From Klebsormidium nitens (taxonomy: Eukaryota; Plantae; Klebsormidiophyceae): 64,000 nt of DNA. Location of the stretch: contig DF237138.1 in the NCBI GenBank assembly GCA_000708835.1, forward strand, positions 91,868 through 155,867, given 5' to 3'. The translations under genes were made by a program, and so were the position numbers. The notes beneath the pieces were generated by a model. That model saw nothing but the letters and a program-made list of their open reading frames with translations, was not told where the DNA came from and ran no database searches. This document shows, piece after piece, positions 26,643-37,400 of this stretch; the stretch's first letter is position 1, and each line of letters starts with the position of its first letter.

Positions 26643-29600
26643 TTACAACTCTGCAAAGCGGCTCACAAACTCATACCTGTCGATCCGCAACAAAAGCGCC
26701 TCTCCCGTTCCTTCGTCGACCCACTTCTTTGGGAGCCAAACCTCGACTTGGCTGACGTGGCCCTTGTCCGGTTTTCTCACAACTAGACTCGAGAACAAGT
26801 GCACCCCACGGCGCGATTCCGTGAGCATTGTCCGAAGCCGGTCCCCAGAAGCGTCTGTCATGCGCTGATATTTGACGTCCTCGGGGGAAAGGGACTCATT
26901 GCTCTTCTCGGGCTCGATTACGACAAGCGCGAGCTGCGGATTGCCCGTAAACGTTCCGGCGATGACCGCCCACGGAAAGAGCGGAACGGCTAGACTGTGC
27001 CGGACCAGGGAACTCAGCGGAAAGAGAGCCGGGGACGCCGGAACGAACGGCAGCGACGGGAGCGCGAGGGAAACGGCCACGGCGAGGTCAGTCCGCCAGA
27101 CTTCCGGTCTCTGCAGCGCGGATTCCGTCCGTTCCGCCACCCAGTGCGCGCGCGCGCCACGCCGCTCCACCAGGTGTCGCAAAAGGTTCACGAACGTCGC
27201 GATGGTGTGGCCACGTGGCTCGAGCACCGAGCACCCGCGGCCGGGGGTTCGGCGCGGCTCCTCGGTAACCAGGGGCAGGGTTACGTTAACCAGGGTCTTC
27301 TCGAGCCACTCCGCGAGGCGGGCGCTCCCGGCAAGCGGCGGCTCCGTGCCCAGAGTGGGCACCAAATACGTGGGATCCGCCAAATCGTGTGGGGAAACGT
27401 TTACGGTGTATCCCAGGAAGTCGAGAAGCTCCCGGCGGGAGAGAAGCAGCTCCCGGCGCAGCCAGTGGTCCAGATCGAAGACACGTGTCGGGCTGTCGGG
27501 CTTGAGGTAAAGTCCCAGGTTGAGCAGCACATTTGTTTTGATTGCCACGTGTCGGCAGTCCGGCTTGAGCTGCGACCCGATTCCGGTGAGCACGTTGAGC
27601 GGGCCGACGTAGTCGATAACGTTGGTGGTGTGAATGCGGTCGTACGCGTGTGGAGGGGAGGGGTTTACACCCGTCCGGCCGTCAGATTGAACCTTCCGTT
27701 GCGCCTCCTGTGATGAGCTAGTAGATGCATCTTCGGTCAACACTTGAACCGGTTGCCCCTGTCGGGGCTCAGTTGCAGGAGGGGGTTTGAGATGGTTGCC
27801 CGTTAGACTGTTCCGGTCTGGGAGGTTCGTCCATTGGCGGCGGGGGTTGGGTCGGGGCAGGAACCGGGGTCGTTGTGGGAGTGCTTGGTAATGGAACACC
27901 ATTACCGGCCCCGTCGCCAGCAGTCGGAGCGTCCGAGGGGGATCCCCCACCCGCGCGCTCGCGCGCCCCACCGGCCGCCTCGCAGATGTCGCCACATAGC
28001 ACCCTGACGCGCACGTCGGCGCCTCTGCCGAGGAGCCGCGCGAGCGCTTGCGCCCAGATGTAGAACTGGAGGCTGGTCATGCCAACGAAACCGCGCAGCG
28101 CATCCGGCAGGTCCCGCAGGTTCGGCGCGAGGGCGAACGGGCCACCGTTGTAGAAGAGCGACTCGGGGCCGAAATTCCAGGGGTTGTCGGCCGGGTCCTT
28201 GGCCACGAACTCGCCGTCCGGAGTGATCTGACAGGGTTAAGAATAGGGTTAAGTTAGATTTTAGGATCTAGGTTTGTCCGGATCGGTAAAAGATAGGATT
28301 TCTAGGCCAGTGAAAGAGCGACTTGGGGCCGAAGTTCCAAGGGTTGTCGCCCGGATCACGAACTTTTTTCCCGAAGTCATCTGGAGAAAGTTTTGAATGA
28401 GGCTGAAGTGAATGAGTCTGAAGAAAAAGAGTGAAGCTCAGGTTTGTCTGGATTCGTCCCTAAACATAGGGATTCTAAACCGGTGAAAAGCGATTCAGCG
28501 CTGAAGTTCTAGGAGTTGTCGCACGGATCTGGCTACGAACTTGCACTCCAGAGTGATCTGGACGGGGTTACGGGCAGGGTTTAGATGAACCTCTTAGATG
28601 CTGTCTGAGGTAACAGCAATCTGTATTGCGTGCCCCCAAAGTCACCCTCAAGACATTTTCTGGAAGGGATTGAAAAGCAACTTTCAGAAACGGAGGTAGA
28701 AAATGCCTGCGTCCTGTTGTCCCTTATAACGAGGTTCTGTCTTTGTGGTCCTTGACAATCACCGCGCCCTTTGTGGTCTGCGTATAACAGGGACCGCATC
28801 CTCGTGAGAGGCTTTCCTCCAATAAAACCACTTAAAGCTTCCTCCCAATCAGACCAACAAAAATGGTCTTCGAAAGGAGACGAATCGGTGCAAAATCAGC
28901 AGACACGTCACTAAGCATTGGGGATACAGATTTAGCAATATGAATCAAATTGTTAATTCCCTCTTCCGACGTCGAGGGACACACACCACTGCAAATCCGG
29001 AGTCGGAATGAAGAGCCCAAGAGGGGGCAAACGGAAACTGAGAACCATTTCGGGTCCCCAACTTCGGTCGGAAAGACAGTTTGCGGGCAGAAGCGTGACC
29101 ATCTTGAACACATGAAGAACGACAGACGAGCTATTGTGTGTCGCGGCACTGCACTTGCATATCAGATATGAGACGGGCAGCTTTGACTAGGTTCCCTGCA
29201 ACGCAGAACCAGATTGTTTGCAACTTCAGAATCAGACCCAAAGAAAGATATTTGAGTTGCAATTTCAGTTCGTATCCTCTCGGAAGGGAGATCGCGCACC
29301 TCATTGAGCATCGTCGGGTTGGGCGGCATTCCCTTCAGCCCCGTCCTGCCGGCCATGACGTCAGCATACGATGCGGTCACCCCCGTGCGCCGCCAGCTGT
29401 CCATCTCCACCCGCGCGCCCTTGTTGAATTCGTCCCGCCCGTTGCGCATCCTCATCATCGGCGCGTCCGAACGCAGCGCGGCCACCATGTGCCGCAGCTT
29501 GTACCGTCCGAACCCCTCCGGTTCCGTCCGCATCCGCCCGAACGGATCGAATTGCGGTTTGTACCCTTCCGGAGCAACGGACGCTCCCCCCGTGCGTCCG

Positions 29601-31732
29601 AAGTCTCTCCACACGCGCCAAAGCGTGCGCGCCGCAGCGAGGGAGTGCTCGGATGGGAATTCGATCCAGCGGAGTTGCGGGTCGGTCTGCCACGTAGCAA
29701 GGGAGCGTGAGGCGGCGACGAGCGAGTTTAGGGTTTCGGTAAGTGCCGTCGACTCGGCGGCGGTCAGGTTGCAACTGAGCCACACCTTGTAGAGAAGTTC
29801 CCCCGAAAGAACGTCCTGCTCTTGAAAGTGGGTCCCCACGAAAAAGTCCTCGGAGAAGTAGTCCTGGAGCAAAAGAGATGGTCGTGTGAAATCGAAACAA
29901 TGTTTACGGACGTCTTTTAGCGCTTTGGCTTGGGTTCGATCTTCCGACTTTAAGAATTGAGAGTGAATCCAATGGTCAACAACCTCCGAAAGTAACTTAG
30001 ATTGTTCAGATATTTGAGACGAGCTGCTGGGCACAGGTGGTATGAAACAAGATGCCAACCACGCATGAGTTCAATCATGCAAGATATGCGGGAACGAAGT
30101 GCGGTGGCTTCAGTGATGCTCCTTTGCTGCTGTCGTTATTCTGCAAACGAGCGAAACAAGTGGACTAAGTCTATGCTTTCTGATTGTGCTTAGACCGAAC
30201 TCAATAGATGCTCGTGGATCACCACTCCAAGCTGAAGAGCCCAGCACACTGTCGATGATGGTACAACAAGATAAGCGCTTGCCGCAATAGAGTAGTCTAA
30301 TACAGAGTAGACGGAAAGACAGTTCAGTGTGAACAACACCACCCTCTTTGCAAGATTAGCAACTACAGCAAAACAAGTTCTTGCACTTTATCTTCAATTA
30401 CAAACCAATTCTGAGAAGGATGATCAGGCAGTCACTGGCAGAAGAGAGAGGGTTTTCGTGAAAGTGCTGCAGGGGGAAACTTGGAATTCAGAATCGCTTC
30501 TGCACCTTTAAACGCCTTCTTTATCTCCCAAATGCTGATATCCTCTTGAAACCGACAAGATCAGAATCACCAATTTCCTATTTTGCTCTTCCGGCAGTAC
30601 CTACATTGGAGTCCCTCCCAGGATGCGCATCCTCCCACGCCTTCACGTACTTGCGCGTGACGTTCTTTGTGCTGTCCCCTTCCTCCATCGTCTCGATCAT
30701 GTCGACGTACTTGATCTGCCACCGCAGTTTGTCGAGCACCGCACCCCCGTCCTCTGAGCACCCGGGCTGCGTTCCGACGTCCCGTAGCAGCACCAACATG
30801 AGTACGTTCCGGGCCAGGATGCGCACGTCGAGATCGTTCATGTCACAAATCAATGACACGCCTTCCCACAGCGTTGCGCCTTCCTCACCGTCACTCTCTG
30901 TACCCTTCTCTGAAGCCTTTCCAGAATCTGCAGTTAGACCCTCCTCTGAGCCCTCCTCTAAATTCTCCTCTGAACCAACTTCTGACCATTCCTCTAAACC
31001 CTCCTCAAGATTATACTGAGCCGTCAAATGCGACTCGAGCTCGTAGAAGCTCTGCATGACGTGGCGAGGGTCTCCGCAGGCGCCGAACAAGAGGCGGACA
31101 TTCAGCTTCTCGCCCGAGCTCAACTCTGCCAGCTCTGAAATTGGAATCGGCTCAATCCCGGTCCCATCCACCGCCCCAAACGCTCCGATCAGCCCATCCG
31201 GATCCTCGTGTCCCACTGGGTAGTGCCCAAAGTCTGAGGAGATCGATGCCCGGGTGGTGGGCAAAGACAATGCTGATCGGTCGTAAGTTTGATGAGCCAC
31301 GCCTAGTTAATGGACTATCCGACGGGTCTCGGCCCCAACGCAATGCTGCCGCCCCAGGCGCGCCTCCACCTTCTCCAGCAGTTCGCAGAATCTCAAGCAC
31401 GTGCCCCACTCTTTCCGCTGCAATGCCGCCCGCCGCGCCCTGTTCAGCACTTTCTCCCGAAGCTGCAGCCCCTTGCTGACGTCAGCGGTCACGTCAGCGG
31501 AGTCCAGGAGAGCGAGGGCGGCTGAGTCGTCTGCAAGGCTGGCGGCGTAGTCCCCCGTCTCAAAGTGAGCAGCAGCCCTGTTCGAGAGGAACACCGGCTC
31601 GTTGGGAAGCACATTGTGGGCCTCGGTGTACAGGCGAACTGCTTCCGAGAACCGCTTGCTGCCATATGCCTGATTGCCCTGAGTTTTATACGCTTCGGCG
31701 GCTGCCTCCACGTTCCTGATGGAGGTCTCCAT
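26643..31732 (-). pseudogene. TPR + DUF4470-like protein, disrupted by an in-frame TAA and a +1 frameshift (pseudogene or assembly errors)
   Basis: Exons 31732-30605, 29863-29300, 28227-26643. TPR: YKTQGNQAYGSKRFSEAVRLYTEA...FLSNRAAAHFETGDY. DUF4470-like motifs from my recollection of the family: LLFGACGDPRHV, DVRILARN, YDRIHTTNVIDYVG. TAA at 31309-31307 lies within a continuous frame; the frame changes near 27785. Confidence 0.7.
28316..28565 (-). repeat. Two decayed intronic copies of acceptor plus 5' end of exon 28227 of the TPR/DUF4470-like gene
   Basis: + strand agagcgacttggggccgaagttccaagggttgtcg (28316) and aaagcgattcagcgctgaagttctaggagttgtcg...ctccagagtgatctg (28488-28560) versus exon agagcgactcggggccgaaattccaggggttgtcg...gtccggagtgatctg (28154-28230). 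Confidence 0.85.
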
Positions 31733-32215
31733 GCTTGGCAAGGTGGTGTCACTTGAGGACGTCAGCGACCACGCCAAACGGCGCCATTGGCTCACTGTGA
31801 AACGAATGTCTTGGAGACCGCCACCGCTGAGCAGATGGAGCACCAGCAGCAAGAAGTATGAAGGAAGTAGGTTGCAGTCTGCAGACAACTTCAGCCGCAG
31901 CGAGAAACCTCTCATCGGCGGCATTGACAATGAGGGGGATCTAAGTCTAGAGCCTCAGCTATAGCCTGAGGAGCTCAATGCTGCCGCAGATTAGTGTGCA
32001 TGCAAGATCCACGATCCTTTTCCGCAACTTGACACCACGACTCCTTGATGAAGTTGATCTGGGCTGATGCGCCCAGCGGAAACTAGACCACAACTGGCAC
32101 CGGTGTCAATCTTGATTTTCTCCTAGTGGCGGGAGGATGGACCCGCACGAATCGTCCGATCTGCCTATCGCACGGTTCCCGTCGCGCACAATGGACATCA
32201 CCAGGAACATCCAGG

Positions 32216-32414
32216 ATACTGGCAACTCTTGCTTTCACTAAGGGGTGCTTTCACTAAGATACAAGAGCCCCGGGCACCTCAACTAAAAACCCTAACCTAA
32301 ATAATGACCCGCTCCGCACCCTTAACCACCCTAACCCCCAAACAAACCCCACCCGTCTCCCGGGTGCCTGTCTTAGTGAAAGCACCCCTTAGTGAAAGCA
32401 AGTTTTGCCAGAGT
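32216..32414. mobile_element. MITE, 199 bp, 43-bp inverted arms, 9-bp TSD; same family as 14613-14801, opposite orientation
   Basis: TSD acatccagg at 32207-32215 and 32415-32423. Arms atactggcaactcttgctttcactaaggggtgctttcactaag and its inverted copy (39/43 identical). The core aligns with the reverse complement of the 14613 element core. Confidence 0.85.
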
Positions 32415-32562
32415 ACATCCAGGAACATCGGACCGTCCGATATCGCAAGTCAATCTGGTGACTGGACGCGAAACAGGCGGCGGTTTGGGCATTTGGTTCA
32501 CCCAAGTGGAAAGCGGCGAGTCCCTAGGACTACACTCGAGCATCAAATTGCGTTGAAATACA

Positions 32563-32670
32563 AAAGCCCCGGGAACCAAAACCGAAGCTCTTAACCCAAT
32601 ACTGTAAGCGCTCGGCACCCGCATTCACTAACCCTTCGAATAAACGCAATTGTCCTCCGGGTGCATAGGG
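32563..32670. repeat. Diverged, armless copy of the MITE core
   Basis: Shares gccccggg.acc, taacc.aa, gctc.gcaccc, ctaaccc and ccgggtgc blocks, in order and spacing, with 32259-32371. Confidence 0.6.
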
Positions 32671-34373
32671 GGTTCATAACATCGTGCATTCGGCTGTTCA
32701 ATTGCAAGCCACCTGTGTTGAGTCTCAGCTCCCTCTGTAAAATCAGACTTGCAGCCAATTCCTTCGTGAGGCTAAAGACGCTGGTGAGACAATAGCTGTG
32801 GTTGTAGCTGCAACTTCCGACAGCGGAGGACGGTGCCTGCGAAGCATTTTTGGCAGCCTTTAAGCTGGCCAGCTACGATAGCGTCAGGGCTTCATCACGC
32901 GAAAAACAGAGAGTGTGGCAGATTCTGGCTTGTTGCAGAGCTCTCGCAATAAGGCGCGTTTACTTTGACATAGAAGATCCAACATGCAGCTGTACGGATA
33001 TGATGACACACCATTTTGCTGCTCAACTTGGTCCTCAACTTTGGAGAGATTCTTGTCTGCTGAGTCGTCTCTTTTAAGAGAGAGAGTTGATCAATGTTGA
33101 CCTTCTTGATAGAAAAACCGAAGGGAGAGAGAGGAGACTTGCAAGCTGGTTGCTTCACCTTGTTCAACTGTAGCTTCTTTTGCCGAGTGATTCCGCATGG
33201 TCAATGCTGCGTGATCAAATTAATGCAGCAAGATCCAAACAAATGCAGCTTTGTTCTTGGAAGAAAGGAAGGAGGGAGGTATGTCAGGACGGCTGAGCTG
33301 GCTGAGTGTACAGAGCTTCGGGGCCTGCACATCGCGTGCCTTTTGAGGAGAGAGAGATCGTGCTCATACCAGCACAAGTGATCTAGGTATGCTCAGTTGC
33401 TCCATTTTGATGACATTGCTTGAGCTAAAATACCAAGTGACGTTGATCAATCAATTGCTAAAGAGGTGTGTAAAGCATAGCTCGGGAACCGAGGTTGTAG
33501 CCTATTCTGGACATCTGAATGTCCCAACCTTTCAACAACTCTGCATCATTAATAGCGAGGGCATAGGTCATAATGCTGCCAGTCTCTGATCACTGCTGAG
33601 AAAGGATGTGCAACATTCTGATGAGCCAGGGATGGGGTCGTAATCCAACTGCAGATACACGAGCTTTGTGCATGACCTTGCACTCACCTATCTTCAAACC
33701 TCACAACCTGTATTGTGAGAGCCTGACCGAGAAGGTTAGAATAAGATTATACAAAAAAGAAACCGGTGATTAGAATCAACACTCAATTGACCTGCTCAAG
33801 AGCAATCTGGAACTTTAGAATCATATTCGACGATTGCCAGGGTCTGAGAGTCACGCTTTGCATCTTAGCCCCGCTGGTTGAAGGTTCTAGACCTTAGCCG
33901 AGCCAGCAGCGTTTGCCCCAGAGGTTTGTTTGGCAGTGCTACGAGGCACTTCGATCTTCAAAAGTAGTCCGAGCTTGTCCACTGGCAAAAGCAATGGGAA
34001 GGTCAGAGCCAAAGTAAAGGTCATGTGCAGCTACAGATTTTGAAAGGTCCCAGACGTCAGTATGCTCTCCTTTTGAAAATACAGGGAGCATTGAATTGGC
34101 TACTAATCGTTCAGCTCTGGTTGTTCTCAAGCTCTGATTGTTGAGTGACTCGCAAGGACCTGTGCTGGAGTCCTTATAGGGGAACGCCTTTACTGAAAGA
34201 ACTTCTTTTTGGAATGCTTCATTGATGCCCTCATCTGTCTGCCTCTGCAGGTACTGTTTCTCCTCTCTCTTGATGTCAGCCAGTCCTCCATGACGTCAAG
34301 CAGTTTCCCTTCACACGCTCGACGCACTTGAGCTCTTGATTTGAGCTGACGAGCGCTCTAGCTCCAAAGCGTG

Positions 34374-34386
34374 GGTCAAGTTGACC
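34374..34386. promoter_or_regulatory. Palindromic double W-box GGTCAA-G-TTGACC just upstream of the WRKY start codon
   Basis: Perfect inverted pair of TTGACC motifs, with another reverse W-box (agtcaa) immediately before the ATG at 34420. Function is inferred; the site may lie in the 5' UTR. Confidence 0.4.
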
Positions 34387-34419
34387 ACCAAACAGGGGTT
34401 TGACAGAGATTAAGTCAAG

Positions 34420-37400
34420 ATGGAGGCCCTTCTAAACGACGAGTCACGGAGCCAGGGGAACAACCACTCCCCCCTACAGCAGGAGGGTTCCGATAACCTG
34501 TACTCGGGTTTCATTGACCGGTTCCCGTCATTTGACTCGATGTTTGGTCCGAAGCAGCGGCGAGACTCGCCGCAGAGCTCAGACGCTTATACACAGCGGG
34601 AAAACGAGCGCTTATCAAGGGCCAGAATCGAAGCAGAGGAGATCGAACGGCTGAGGAAGGGCGCGCTGAGCCCGCTCAAGGGTGCGCGCGCAAAGATGGA
34701 AGATGAGATGGATGCGCAGATTAGAGGGGGGGACAGGAGGAACGGGGCTGCGCTAACCCGCGCGCTTAACCTCTCACGGTTAGGAGCCCCCCAGCAGAAC
34801 TGGGCCCCCGTGAAGGACGAGTTCAACCAGCGCGGGTTAATGAAACCGGCGGAGGATAACCAGGAGAAAGAAGCGGAGAACGGGGACATGGGATTCGTGG
34901 ACAAGGAAGTGACCACGTGGTACTCCGTGAGCAACCGGCAGGCGGTCGGGGCGGGCGACTATGCCACGTCAGCAGCGCTGATCATGCAGCAGAAGCTGTG
35001 GGAAGCGATGCAGGAGATCCAGAGGTTGACGGAGGAGGGGCAGGCGCGGGAGAAGCTGTGCGCGAAACTGCTGCAGCAGAACGCGTTCCTGCAGGCGCAG
35101 ATCAAGCAGGTGCGCTTGATCTCATTTTCTTGCGCTTCCAACCGTTTTTGCTGCTTGTCCTATTCTCGTTCAGGCCCATGATAGAAACAGAGGACGCTTC
35201 GCGCGCTTTCTGTCTCTCCTTTCATTCTGTGTTCCTTTCGTTCTCTTTTCCTGGGAAGTTCTAGCTGTCTGAGTTGCGCAGCCACTACTGCATCCTCGTC
35301 CTTGCCTGCCCTGCTCGCAAGTATCTCCTCAAAATCGCCGTGGTTGGCTAAAGCCTCGAAAGCAAGTCACCACATTTTCAGATACGCCCCGCAAATTTGC
35401 ATTTCGCGGAAGCCATTTTCATAAAGCCAGGGTACGTTGGCGTCCACTCAGGAACATTTCCCCTAGCTAACAAAATGTTTCCGCTGCTGTCAGTACCAAG
35501 ACTGGTCAGGTCTCCCGGCCGCGGATCGCACCCGGTGGAAGAGCCCCGAGCCGTTTGCCCAGCCTACTCACTACAAGAACGAGCCGAGGAGCCCGTCCCT
35601 GGCCCCGGTGGATGTTCCCCCGGTCGGCAACCGCCCGGGGGGGCACCAGGCGGGGGGCGCCTTGTTTGAGAGAACGACGCTCGGGGCACTGTCGCCGCAC
35701 CGGCCGCTCAGCCCTCAGTGTATGCGAGGTGGGAGTGGTCATCATTTGAATCGCTAGGAGTTGATGGGATTGAACAGTCTTTTCTAGGTTTTCACTGCAA
35801 CTTTGCCAATAGTGTCTTTTCGACTTCGTCAGATCGGTGTGTTGTGAACCATCTTTTTCCACAAAGTCTGTAGTACCCATCTGACCGTCAAAATTCTGAT
35901 TCATGTCGCACAGTCTGTTTCATTGAAGGTTCTCGCGAATACATTTTCTCATCCAAACGCAGGGAAAGAGTGGCTTTCAGACTAGAACACTTTCTTGCGC
36001 GCTGCCTCTCCGTTCAGAACTTGACAAAGAACAAGCGGAGCAAAATGCAAAAGTATTTCATTGCGCCTTTGTGCAGCAGATCCGCTGAACCTCGCGGTCA
36101 AGCCCGAGGCGGAACGCGCGGTGGGGCATATCCCGGACATGGAGAACCTGCAGAAGGTGATGCAGGAGAATGCCGAGAAGAGCGCTAAAGTCGCCCTCGT
36201 CATGAAGTCCAATGCCATTACGGTGCGTACCGCTTTTCCGATCTTCCACTTCATCTTGTCCCATGTCGTAACCTTCCCTGTCTCTTTCTCCCTTTTTCTT
36301 TGCCTGTACCCTCCTCTCAAAGATCAAATAGGCGCCAATGTCGCGCCGTTATGACAGTCCAAGCACCTTACGCACCGCTTCTCATCCTTCTGCTTGATTA
36401 TGCACCATTCAACAGCTTCAAATCCAACTCAACCAGAGATTGATTTGAACTCCACCTCTTTGACGGCAACTGGCACAAGTATGGCCGGATGCATGCCACT
36501 CACTGTCACGTCCTACCAGGATTTCTCGACGTCGAAAGAAAAGAATGCTTTTCAAACCTGCAGATCTTCGACGGCTGCAACTGGCGCAAGTACGGCCAGA
36601 AGATCGCCAAGGGCAACCCGTGTCCGAGGGCGTACTACAGGTGTACGCAAGCCGCGGGCTGCCCCGTCCGGAAACAGGTAAGCCAATACGTTATAGGTAC
36701 CATACATAAAAGGAGTTCCAACTGATTGAGCCGTTTATGGTCTTGAGCCGAACCTTTGAGGCCTCACATCCAAAGCAAGTCTCGAATATGGATTCATTAG
36801 AGCAAGGAGGTCTCGAAGACGGTTTCGTATCGGGCGACCGACTCTGCTGAATATCACAAAAGTTCTTCTGAGGAGCCGCGGCCGTATTGACGCAAGAAAA
36901 TACGCAAGGAAATCCTGTTGTCAATCATACCACCCACGTAAAGGCTAAGAAGTAAGTAGAACCGGTTCTGATTGGACCTGGAAGACTCTGAAATTCATAA
37001 GCACGACCCTAGAAAAGAGAGGACCTGGAAAGCCTAAACTTTACACAGGACCCTATAAAATAGAGAAGGGAACAAGCTTATAGACCTTGAATCAAAGTGG
37101 TCAAACATATTACAGGTCCAGCGGTCTGCTGACGACCCGAGCGTGCTGGTGGTGACGTATGAGCACATGCACAACCACCCGCTCTCCTCGGCGGCGGCGC
37201 CCATGGCGGAGGCCACGTCATCGCTGGCGTCATCCTACCTGTGCAACGTCACCAGCAGCAACCCCAACGCGTCGGCGTTTGCGGGGGTCACGGCGAGTGT
37301 GGACGAGGGGCACGGTAAGTGGTCTCTGTTGTTAGAATATGTTACTAATCAATTTGGAAATTTATTTATCCCATCAGTAGAACATCTGACAGTCTTTCAG

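Noticed and set aside
31307-31309. In-frame TAA read as Gln (non-standard code, as in some ulvophyte algae)
   Set aside because: TAA or TAG end the WRKY, glucanase, PH-like and PAH models normally, and the same gene also has a frameshift.
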